The notes below the pieces were generated by a model. The model did not search any database and was not told the origin of the DNA. It saw only the letters and a list, made by a program, of their open reading frames with translations. A DNA stretch of 64,000 nucleotides from Synechococcus sp. (GTDB lineage Bacteria > Cyanobacteriota > Cyanobacteriia > PCC-6307 > Cyanobiaceae). Made by a program: the position numbers and the translations under genes. The stretch covers positions 1,760,136 through 1,824,135 of the forward strand of contig JBJBDC010000001.1 in assembly GCA_047285535.1 (NCBI GenBank), given 5' to 3'. Shown here piece after piece: positions 47,204 to 55,314 of this stretch (position 1 is its first letter; each line of letters opens with the position of its first letter).

Positions 47204-47925
47204 CCGATCTCCAAGCGGCGACGTTCCTCCTGAAGACGTTTGCGCCGCTGCCTGGCTTCTCTCAACATCTCGCGACCATCGTGAAGATATCCATCCACAT
47301 AGCCCATCGTGTATCTCTCTAACTCGCCAATGGCATCGTCCACCTCCGACAGACAGTGATAGAGACTCAGCCCGAATCCTTTTGCAGAGGAAGGCGTGGA
47401 GATGGATTGGAAGAGATCTTTCACCTTGTCCATCTTGCGGCGACTCTGCTCTAAGTAATGACAGAACTCTTCCATCAGGGCGTCGTCATAAGGGTCAGCT
47501 GAAAGCTGACGCAACTGGGATGCAAAGGGATTGATCACCTGACCAAGCAAACGATCAACGGGTGTGTACACCTTCTGCAGCCAGGTTGCCAAGGCCTCAT
47601 CCTCGGCAGCTGCATGTCCAGAAGCCCGACGGGCAGCCTGGCTGGCCCGAGCATTTCTGGCTCCACGGCGGCGGGCCTCCTCCTTCTCACCTGCCATTGG
47701 AGATGCTTGTCGGTCAAAAGCACGCCTGCGATCCCGATCACCCAGCAGTTCCCAAGCTGCATTCAAAGCGAGAATTCGTTGCGCATCACCACCGGCATCA
47801 GGATGATGTTGTTTCACGAGCTGGCGATACGCCGCCTTGATTTCAGTCGTGGTGGCGCTGCGGCTCACTCCGAGGACACCATAGGGATCGCCGCCACTGG
47901 CCTCAAACTGGGAAGAGCGGCTCAA
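47200..47925 (-). CDS. J-domain (DnaJ-type) protein
   Basis: DPYGVLGV...[15 protein letters not shown]...LNAAWELL. Confidence 0.9.
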   Translation of the reverse strand: MSRSSQFEASGGDPYGVLGVSRSATTTEIKAAYRQLVKQHHPDAGGDAQRILALNAAWELLGDRDRRRAFDRQASPMAGEKEEARRRGARNARASQAARRASGHAAAEDEALATWLQKVYTPVDRLLGQVINPFASQLRQLSADPYDDALMEEFCHYLEQSRRKMDKVKDLFQSISTPSSAKGFGLSLYHCLSEVDDAIGELERYTMGYVDGYLHDGREMLREARQRRKRLQEERRRLEIG

Positions 47926-48890
47926 AGCTGACCATCCCGGCGCGCCGGTGGGGCCGCCGAAGCACTAAACATTGGAGTGGAGAGGTAACGCTCCCCAAAG
48001 CTGGCAAGAATCACAACAATCCGTTTTCCAGCCATCTCAGGCCTCTGGCCAAGACGAATGGCAGCAGCGACAACAGCTCCACTACTCACGCCGGAGAGCA
48101 AGCCTTCCTCCCGAGCCAAACGGCGCCCAACTTCCATCGCTTCTTGATCACTGACAGGAAGAATTTCATCAATCAAGCTCCTGTCCAAGACCGGAGGAAC
48201 AAAACCAGCCCCTATACCCTGAATCCGATGGGGGCCTGGAGCACCACCTGCCAAGACCGGGCTCGCCTCCGGTTCGACAGCAACCACTTTCAACTCAGGA
48301 TTTCGCTGCTTGAGAACCCTGGCACAACCTGTAATGGTGCCCCCCGTTCCGACCCCAGAAACGAGTGCATCAATCTCACCATCGGTATCGCTCCAGATCT
48401 CTTCAGCAGTCGTAGCGGCATGAACCGCCGGATTGGCTGGATTATCAAACTGCTGAAGGAGATAGGCCTCTGGAATTTCAGAAACGAGCTCTCTGGCCAG
48501 ATCCAACGCCCCCTGCATCCCTGCATTCCCCGGCGTGAGTTGCAGCTCAGCACCGTAGGCTCGAAGCATGGCGCGTCGCTCGGTACTCATGGTGTCCGGC
48601 ATGGTGAGGATCAAGCGGTAGCCCCGAGCTGCAGCCACCATGGCCAGAGCGATTCCAGTGTTTCCGCTTGTGGGCTCAACCAGCACTGTGCAATCAGGAG
48701 AAATGGTGCCGGCTTCTTCAGCAGCCTGAACCATCGACCCTGCAATCCGATCCTTCACTGAGGCCGTGGGATTGAAACTTTCCAGTTTTGCCACCAACTC
48801 GGCCAGACAACCACTGCGTTTGGGGAGCTGATTGAGCCGCACCAGTGGAGTACGACCCACTAAAGCAGTGATATCAGGTGCGATTGACAT
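47922..48890 (-). CDS. cysK: Cysteine synthase A
   Basis: [15 protein letters not shown] (PLP Lys), [31 protein letters not shown]. Confidence 0.95.
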   Translation of the reverse strand: MSIAPDITALVGRTPLVRLNQLPKRSGCLAELVAKLESFNPTASVKDRIAGSMVQAAEEAGTISPDCTVLVEPTSGNTGIALAMVAAARGYRLILTMPDTMSTERRAMLRAYGAELQLTPGNAGMQGALDLARELVSEIPEAYLLQQFDNPANPAVHAATTAEEIWSDTDGEIDALVSGVGTGGTITGCARVLKQRNPELKVVAVEPEASPVLAGGAPGPHRIQGIGAGFVPPVLDRSLIDEILPVSDQEAMEVGRRLAREEGLLSGVSSGAVVAAAIRLGQRPEMAGKRIVVILASFGERYLSTPMFSASAAPPARRDGQL

Positions 48891-49003
48891 CCTTTTATCC
48901 AATCAGATGAAGTCCAAACAGAAAAGGTCCAACCTGGAATTACAACAGAAAGAGAACATCATCAAAACCAGGATAATGGGCGACTAATTCAATTTAACCC
49001 CTC

Positions 49004-49039
49004 AAAAAAAGCTCCCGCTTGCCGAAGCAAGACAGGAGC
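49004..49039 (-). terminator. Second intrinsic terminator downstream of porin 1 (cUUCGg tetraloop)
   Basis: Minus strand GCTCC-tgt-CTTGC-TTCG-GCAAG-cg-GGAGC followed by T7. Confidence 0.75.
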
Positions 49040-49055
49040 AATGATGCATCCAAAG

Positions 49056-49082
49056 AAAAAAAGATCCCTCAAAAGAGAGATC
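49056..49082 (-). terminator. First intrinsic terminator downstream of porin 1
   Basis: Minus strand GATCTCTC-TTTT-GAGGGATC followed by T7. Confidence 0.7.
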
Positions 49083-49095
49083 AATGTTCAGAGGA

Positions 49096-50907
49096 TCAGA
49101 ACTTGAAGGTGGTCTTCAGGAGTCCACCGAAGTTGTTGAACTGGACGTTACGGTCACCTCTACGGTTTCCACCGAAAGCGTTGGTCGTACCGTTGGTCAG
49201 ATCGCCGTAAGGGCGGCTGAGGTAGTAGATCGCAGGAGTTACAGAAATGTTGTCTGTAACTTGGAACTGATACCACCACTCCCAGGCGTAGTTGCCGTCA
49301 GCTACGAAATCAGACAAGGAGTCTTTGAAGTCGTTGCGATAGGAGACATCGGTCACGAAGGTGGGCTGACCAACAGCCATGCCCAAGGTGTTGCCCTTCA
49401 TGAAGGCGTCAGCCCACTGAAGGCCCACGTACCAGGACTGAGTTGTAGCAGAACGGAAGAGGAAAGTATCGTCGCCATCGGTGACGCTGTTGTAACCCCA
49501 ACCAGCACTCACGCTAGGAACCCAACCAGCTTCTTCTGGGGTCCACCACGCACTCAGACCAACCGAGGATGAATTGCCGTTGTTGATGAAGGCAGCAGAC
49601 AGAGGGGTGCCGTTAAGCTCTCCGACTGATGTGGCGTTTTTGGAACTGTAGTTGTAAGCGGCAGCCAAACCCCAGTTTTCTGGTGCATAAGCAATCTGAA
49701 CAGTGCCGATGGAACCAGCACAATCAGTCGCGATACCACCAGTGCCATCGCCACAGCTATCGCGGAAGAACAGATCAACATCATTTCTACCTGGGGTAGA
49801 GAATGAACCGTTGGTGCTCACATAGTTAGCACTGATGCTGAAAGCATCAGACTGCCAAGACAAACCGGCACCTGCACCTAAACCAAGGTTGTAGGTCGCA
49901 GGAGAACCGGCGTAGGTGAAGAAGTCAAGAACAGTGTCCGCAGGATATGCACTGGGCCATACAGCCAGCATGTCGTCCTGACGAACCAAGCCACCCACAG
50001 TTGCTGTGAAGCTGCTTCCGATCGGGAACTGATAGAAGAGACGATTGACGCCAACGCTGTTAGCACCGGAAGGTTCTTGGAAAGCAGTTTCCAAACCACC
50101 CAATCCGACGTAACCACCACCACCGAAGGCTGAATCGCCGAAGTTGCCGGAACGCAGAACGGTACGGAGAAGATCCTTACCAGTGAAGCTGGTGTCTAAG
50201 AAGAGCTTCAGGTCATAGTTGAAAGTAGTTCCACCAGAGAGTGCAGCTGCTGCTCTAGCCCGCTTGGTGCCAAAGCCTCCGGACCTAAACCCGGAATTGC
50301 GTGGCAAATCTGCGAAGAAATCGAAAAGATCCCCGGGGGAAACATTTTCTAGAGCCTCAAAGTTCCTAGGCCCGTAAGCCTGGGTTCCAAAGGCGTAATC
50401 AGCAAGGCCCTGACGGGCATCACCGCCGAAGCTGTTCGCACCAATCACGAAGGTGGCTTGACCTTTCAGCTTGGTGGTGGTGGAGAACTGAGTGGCTTCC
50501 AGTTCACCAACACGGGCTTCCAGTCCGTCCACACGGCCCTTGAGGATGGCGAGTTCCTTCTCGAACTCTTTCATCAGGCGCTTGAGTTCGTCGGTCACTT
50601 CGGTGACGCGATCGAGACAGGCGTTCAACAGAGCAGCCGCTTCAAAGCGGGTCATCGCCCTGTTGCCGCGGTAGGTGCCGTTGGGGTATCCAGCGACGCA
50701 GCCGTAACGCTCGATCAGGTTGCTCAGGGCCTGATAGGCCCAATCCGTGGGGTACACATCAGAAAACTGAGTGATGCTGGTGACTTGTTCACCAGTGGCG
50801 GTGTAGTCAGATACACCGTTGATGTTGAGCTCAGTGGCGTTCGCAGCCATAGGGGCCAGAAGGCCAAGAGCTGCTGGAGCCACCAGCAGTTTGTGGAACA
50901 GTTTCAT
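49096..50907 (-). CDS. som: Som-type cyanobacterial porin with SLH domain (porin 1)
   Basis: Signal peptide, SLH FSDVYPTDWAYQAL...GYPNGTYRGNRAMTRFE, coiled coil, QFSTTTKLKG, terminal KTTFKF. Confidence 0.92.
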   Translation of the reverse strand: MKLFHKLLVAPAALGLLAPMAANATELNINGVSDYTATGEQVTSITQFSDVYPTDWAYQALSNLIERYGCVAGYPNGTYRGNRAMTRFEAAALLNACLDRVTEVTDELKRLMKEFEKELAILKGRVDGLEARVGELEATQFSTTTKLKGQATFVIGANSFGGDARQGLADYAFGTQAYGPRNFEALENVSPGDLFDFFADLPRNSGFRSGGFGTKRARAAAALSGGTTFNYDLKLFLDTSFTGKDLLRTVLRSGNFGDSAFGGGGYVGLGGLETAFQEPSGANSVGVNRLFYQFPIGSSFTATVGGLVRQDDMLAVWPSAYPADTVLDFFTYAGSPATYNLGLGAGAGLSWQSDAFSISANYVSTNGSFSTPGRNDVDLFFRDSCGDGTGGIATDCAGSIGTVQIAYAPENWGLAAAYNYSSKNATSVGELNGTPLSAAFINNGNSSSVGLSAWWTPEEAGWVPSVSAGWGYNSVTDGDDTFLFRSATTQSWYVGLQWADAFMKGNTLGMAVGQPTFVTDVSYRNDFKDSLSDFVADGNYAWEWWYQFQVTDNISVTPAIYYLSRPYGDLTNGTTNAFGGNRRGDRNVQFNNFGGLLKTTFKF

Positions 50908-50946
50908 TTTCGGTCCTCACACCAAAAATTTGAGGTATCGAGACGC
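50438..50946. repeat. 509-bp direct repeat, copy 1 (5' UTR and N-terminal coding part of porin 1)
   Basis: Identical by eye to 52646-53154 (offset 2208); the antisense ORFs 50492-50674 and 52700-52882 translate identically. Confidence 0.93.
50914..50922 (-). promoter_or_regulatory. Putative Yfr1 sRNA target site over the porin 1 RBS
   Basis: mRNA GUGUGAGGA just upstream of the ATG is complementary to the conserved Yfr1 motif ACUCCUCACAC. Confidence 0.7.
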
Positions 50947-51281
50947 GTGGCGTCTTGTGTAAATTGATACACAGAGATGCAGGCGCCAACTCACTAGGTA
51001 CCAGAGGCGGCAGTGGCACAGCTCCAAGAATCCTTGCTTCATCAATCCATGAAGCAATCCAGGAAGCCCTACTCTCATTCAGGTCAGCCCCAAAAAAGAC
51101 AGCTCGCTGAGAGCTCAGGATCCAGGCAAACAGCGTGACAGCTTCTCGATTGGAACAGGAAAAAGCAGATCTGTTCTCTCAGGACTGGATGACAGCAACG
51201 CAATGGACACAACCTTTTCTTTTTTCTTTTCCAATCGCAATGATGACGACATGTCTGCACCCACAACCAGACACTCAAAAC

Positions 51282-51318
51282 AAAACCCCCTGGAAGACTG
51301 TTTGTCATCCAGGGGGTT
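51282..51318 (-). terminator. Intrinsic terminator downstream of porin 2
   Basis: Minus strand AACCCCCTGGA...TCCAGGGGGTTTT followed by GTTTT. Confidence 0.8.
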
Positions 51319-51378
51319 AAATATTGATTCAGATCTTTTTAGTGAGCACTCGTAAAAAATACTCAGACCGGAAAGAAA

Positions 51379-53115
51379 TCAGAATCTGAAGGTGGTCTTC
51401 AGGAGTCCACCGAAGTTATTGAAGGTGACATCTGAACGATCACCACCAACGACGTTGCCGCCGCCATCAGTCAAATCACCGTAAGGACGGCTGAGATAGT
51501 AGATTGCTGGAGTCACAGAGATGTTGTCTGTGACCTGGAACATGTACCACCACTCCCAGGCGTAGTTGCCATCAGCAACGAAGTCTGACAAGCCTGCTTC
51601 TTCCGCTGCGTTTCGGTAGTCGACCCCAGTAACGAAGGTGGGTTGACCAACGGCCATGCCCATGGAGTTGCCCTTGATGAAGGCATCGGCCCACTGAAGA
51701 CCCACGTACCAGGACTGAGTATCAACAGATCTAAAAGTAGTGTCGTCGGCGTTAGTAATGCTGTTGAATCCGTATCCAGCACTAACACTTGGAATCCAGC
51801 CAGCTTGCTCTGGAGTCCACCAAGCACTCACACCGAAGGAAGAATTGTTACCCGAACCAGTAGCAAGAACAGCTAGAGGTGTTCCGTTGCCGCCGTAGAG
51901 AGTGCCAGCGTTTTGGGATGTGTAGTTGTAAGCAGCTGCCAAACCCCAATTTTCAGGAGCGTAAGCAATCTGAACGGTACCGTTCGAACCAGCGCCGTCA
52001 GTGGCGATACCACCAGCATTCGGATCTGAAAGGAAACCGTTGGTGCTCAAGTAGTTAGCACTGATGCTGAAGTTATCGGATGCCCAAGAAAGACCAGCAC
52101 CTTGGCCGAGGCCAAGATTGTAAGTAGCAGGAGCACCGGCGTAAGTGAAGAAGTCAAGAACAGTGTCCGCAGGATATGCACTAGGCCATACAGCCAGCAT
52201 GTCGTCCTGACGAACTAAACCACCAACGGTTGCCGTGAAGCTGCTGCCGACAGGGAACTGGTACCAAAGGCGATTTACAGCAACGCTATTAGCACCAGAG
52301 GGCTCCTCAAAGGCGGTTTCCAGGCCAGTCAGACCAACATATGTGCCCCCACCAAAGGAAGAATTGCCGAAATTGCCTGCACGCAGCATGGTGCGGAGAA
52401 GATCCTTACCGGTGAAGCTGGTGTCCAGGAATAAACGAAGGTCGTAATTAAATACAGTTGCTCCAGAGGTGGCCGCAGCTGCGGTTGCACGCTTGGTATC
52501 AAGATCACCGTACTTGAAAGTATTTATATCGACATTTTCGACAATGCCAAATGCATCAACAACGCCAATGGTTTCTGATTGTGTAGCTGGAGTGCCAAGG
52601 AATATGTCATCAATACCCTGCTTGGCGTCACCGCCAAACGATTGTGCACCAATCACGAAGGTGGCTTGACCTTTCAGCTTGGTGGTGGTGGAGAACTGAG
52701 TGGCTTCCAGTTCACCAACACGGGCTTCCAGTCCGTCCACACGGCCCTTGAGGATGGCGAGTTCCTTCTCGAACTCTTTCATCAGGCGCTTGAGTTCGTC
52801 GGTCACTTCGGTGACGCGATCGAGACAGGCGTTCAACAGAGCAGCCGCTTCAAAGCGGGTCATCGCCCTGTTGCCGCGGTAGGTGCCGTTGGGGTATCCA
52901 GCGACGCAGCCGTAACGCTCGATCAGGTTGCTCAGGGCCTGATAGGCCCAATCCGTGGGGTACACATCAGAAAACTGAGTGATGCTGGTGACTTGTTCAC
53001 CAGTGGCGGTGTAGTCAGATACACCGTTGATGTTGAGCTCAGTGGCGTTCGCAGCCATAGGGGCCAGAAGGCCAAGAGCTGCTGGAGCCACCAGCAGTTT
53101 GTGGAACAGTTTCAT
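51379..53115 (-). CDS. som: Som-type cyanobacterial porin with SLH domain (porin 2)
   Basis: Same architecture as porin 1; terminal KTTFRF. Confidence 0.92.
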   Translation of the reverse strand: MKLFHKLLVAPAALGLLAPMAANATELNINGVSDYTATGEQVTSITQFSDVYPTDWAYQALSNLIERYGCVAGYPNGTYRGNRAMTRFEAAALLNACLDRVTEVTDELKRLMKEFEKELAILKGRVDGLEARVGELEATQFSTTTKLKGQATFVIGAQSFGGDAKQGIDDIFLGTPATQSETIGVVDAFGIVENVDINTFKYGDLDTKRATAAAATSGATVFNYDLRLFLDTSFTGKDLLRTMLRAGNFGNSSFGGGTYVGLTGLETAFEEPSGANSVAVNRLWYQFPVGSSFTATVGGLVRQDDMLAVWPSAYPADTVLDFFTYAGAPATYNLGLGQGAGLSWASDNFSISANYLSTNGFLSDPNAGGIATDGAGSNGTVQIAYAPENWGLAAAYNYTSQNAGTLYGGNGTPLAVLATGSGNNSSFGVSAWWTPEQAGWIPSVSAGYGFNSITNADDTTFRSVDTQSWYVGLQWADAFIKGNSMGMAVGQPTFVTGVDYRNAAEEAGLSDFVADGNYAWEWWYMFQVTDNISVTPAIYYLSRPYGDLTDGGGNVVGGDRSDVTFNNFGGLLKTTFRF

Positions 53116-53154
53116 TTTCGGTCCTCACACCAAAAATTTGAGGTATCGAGACGC
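52646..53154. repeat. 509-bp direct repeat, copy 2 (5' UTR and N-terminal coding part of porin 2)
   Basis: Identical by eye to 50438-50946. Confidence 0.93.
53122..53130 (-). promoter_or_regulatory. Putative Yfr1 sRNA target site over the porin 2 RBS
   Basis: Same GUGUGAGGA site as in porin 1. Confidence 0.7.
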
Positions 53155-53347
53155 AAAGCGTCAACAAAAAAATATTTAGCTTGCCAGACAAATAGTCTTT
53201 GCCTGTGACAGAAAAGGCCGTGGGACGTATCCGATAAAACAAAATATGCCAAAAAACGTTCAGCTAGCCACCAAGATTCTCAGAATATGTATCACATAAA
53301 ACAAAATATATACGCGAGCATGGAATCGAACAAAAAGCATCAAAAAA

Positions 53348-53361
53348 GTATCACTTACTAC
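53348..53361. promoter_or_regulatory. Putative NtcA box (GTA-N8-TAC) in the divergent porin 2/DUF2079 spacer
   Basis: GTATCACTTACTAC matches GTA-N8-TAC; related GTA-N8-AAC copies lie at 53227 and 53289. Confidence 0.5.
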
Positions 53362-53446
53362 TTAATTCAAACTACGTTCATTGGAAGTCGTGACTCCACG
53401 ACCAGGTTGACCATCAATTATTGGTAAGACATCTGCCCCAAGGCCT

Positions 53447-55138
53447 TTGCGGATGCAAGCACCACTCTCCAACCCACACCAGGCTCGAGAGAAGTCTTTT
53501 GCAAAGGGCTTAAAACCAAGCAGGCAAGCGCTGGTTGCAGCGCTGATCTTCGCAGGCCTAGCACTCCTGCTTCAGGCCTGGAGATCCCATGTGCTCCTTG
53601 CCAGTTACGACCAAGGCATCTTCCAACAAGTGCTGTGGAACAGCCTGAGGGGCCATCCATTTGAGAGCACTCTCTCGTCTCAGCTCTCAACCAACGTGAT
53701 CCATAGCGGAGAACCACCGGCCTTGGGCTATGCACGCCTAGGCCAACACTTCACCCCTTCCCTGCTGATCTGGGCACCTTTGCTCGGGTTGATCGGTGGC
53801 GCTGCTCTTCCGATCGTGCAAGTGATGCTGATGACCTGCGCAGGTTTGTTGCTTCATTCGCTGGCCCGCCAGTTGGTTCCGATCAGAACGGCGAATTGGA
53901 TCACCTACGGGTTTTACGGGGGGAACGCGCTGATTGGGCCCACATTGGGCAATTTCACCGATCTATGCCAGCTTCCCCTCCTGGTATTTGCGTTGATGTT
54001 TGGCCTTCAGAAACGAGTGAGCTGGTTGATCATCAGCGCTGCTCTCCTCATACCACTCATTCGCGAAGACACCGGGATCATGTTGGTTGCCATTGGGCTG
54101 TGGTTGCTCCTTCGAGAGCGCCAACGATGGCCCATGGCAATTGCATTAATCACCTGGGGGGCTGGGTGGATGGTGCTAGTGACCAATGCATTGATGCCGC
54201 TGTTCTCTGACGACAACAGCAAGCGATTCATGGTGGAAAACTTTGGCCAATATCTCAAAGCTGATCCCAGTGAAGGAGCCAGCAGCCTGTCCATGCTGCG
54301 GCAGGCTTTAAGCCAGCCACTCACTCTTCTCAGGGAACTCATCACCCCGCCAGGCCAAACCCTTTTGTATCTGCTGGGTCACGGACTGCCGTTTCTGATG
54401 GTGCCGCTGATCAGCATCGATGCATGGATCCTTGCGGGTCCATCACTCCTTGGCTTGTTTCTGGCTCAGGGCAGCAATGACCCACTCTCCATCACGATTC
54501 GCTACACGCTTCTCGTGGTTCCAGGCTTCAGCCTTGGGGCTCTGCTGTGGTGGAGCCATCGCCGCCAGTCCATTCCCGGACCTCGCACACGTCTGGCCTG
54601 GGGTATCGCCATCAGCCTGTCTCTCTTACTCACCGTGAGTAGCAATCCCCATCGCAGCTTGTCTTGGATCGTGCCGGACAGCATCAGGCCGATGGTTTTT
54701 AGCAATCCCATTCAGCAATGGGAGCACGGACAAAAGGCCCGACAAGCGCTGAACGTGATCCCTAAAGAGGCTTCAGTCAGTGCCAATACGCCCCTCATCC
54801 CCTTACTCGCTCGACGTGAGGTTGCGGTCCGCTATCCCGAATCTCTGCATTACCTCGACCGAAACAAAAACAAACTCTCGGTGGATTGGATCGCCGTCGA
54901 TCTCGACTGGTTAGAGCGCTACAGCGTGGCGTTCCGAAGCGACTGGCGTGAACTGAAACGCATCAAAGAAGACTTGCCAGGGCAAATGAACACTTACCAG
55001 GTGCAATCAATCGATGACGGTATCGCCGTGTTGCAACGAGGTGGTTCAAATAAACCAGATTTGGAACAGCAATTGCGTGAACGTCTGGCCACTCCGCTTC
55101 CACCTGACCCAAGACAACAATCCGCCAAAAGTCCCTGA
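53447..55138 (+). CDS. DUF2079-like membrane protein (predicted GT-C fold); start uncertain
   Basis: SYDQGIFQQVLWN, LGQHFTPSL, REDTG, ITIRYTL; multiple TM helices. Confidence 0.78.
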   Translation: MRMQAPLSNPHQAREKSFAKGLKPSRQALVAALIFAGLALLLQAWRSHVLLASYDQGIFQQVLWNSLRGHPFESTLSSQLSTNVIHSGEPPALGYARLGQHFTPSLLIWAPLLGLIGGAALPIVQVMLMTCAGLLLHSLARQLVPIRTANWITYGFYGGNALIGPTLGNFTDLCQLPLLVFALMFGLQKRVSWLIISAALLIPLIREDTGIMLVAIGLWLLLRERQRWPMAIALITWGAGWMVLVTNALMPLFSDDNSKRFMVENFGQYLKADPSEGASSLSMLRQALSQPLTLLRELITPPGQTLLYLLGHGLPFLMVPLISIDAWILAGPSLLGLFLAQGSNDPLSITIRYTLLVVPGFSLGALLWWSHRRQSIPGPRTRLAWGIAISLSLLLTVSSNPHRSLSWIVPDSIRPMVFSNPIQQWEHGQKARQALNVIPKEASVSANTPLIPLLARREVAVRYPESLHYLDRNKNKLSVDWIAVDLDWLERYSVAFRSDWRELKRIKEDLPGQMNTYQVQSIDDGIAVLQRGGSNKPDLEQQLRERLATPLPPDPRQQSAKSP

Positions 55139-55314
55139 AACGATGCCCCCGACCAGAGACTGGCCGGGGGCTCTCGCCGGGTCCGCTCTGGCGCGGAACC
55201 GAGTGATCAGTCAGAAGATGAAGCCGTCAGCCGGCGTTCTCCGCGATCAGCAGACCCTGGGTCAAACAACTGGAACTCATGGACACCTCCTCCTGGATGG
55301 ATAGATGAACGCCG

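Noticed and set aside
50458..53208. Identical plus-strand ORFs antisense to both porins
   Set aside because: They are shadow frames of the repeated, codon-biased porin sequence; useful only as confirmation of the repeat.
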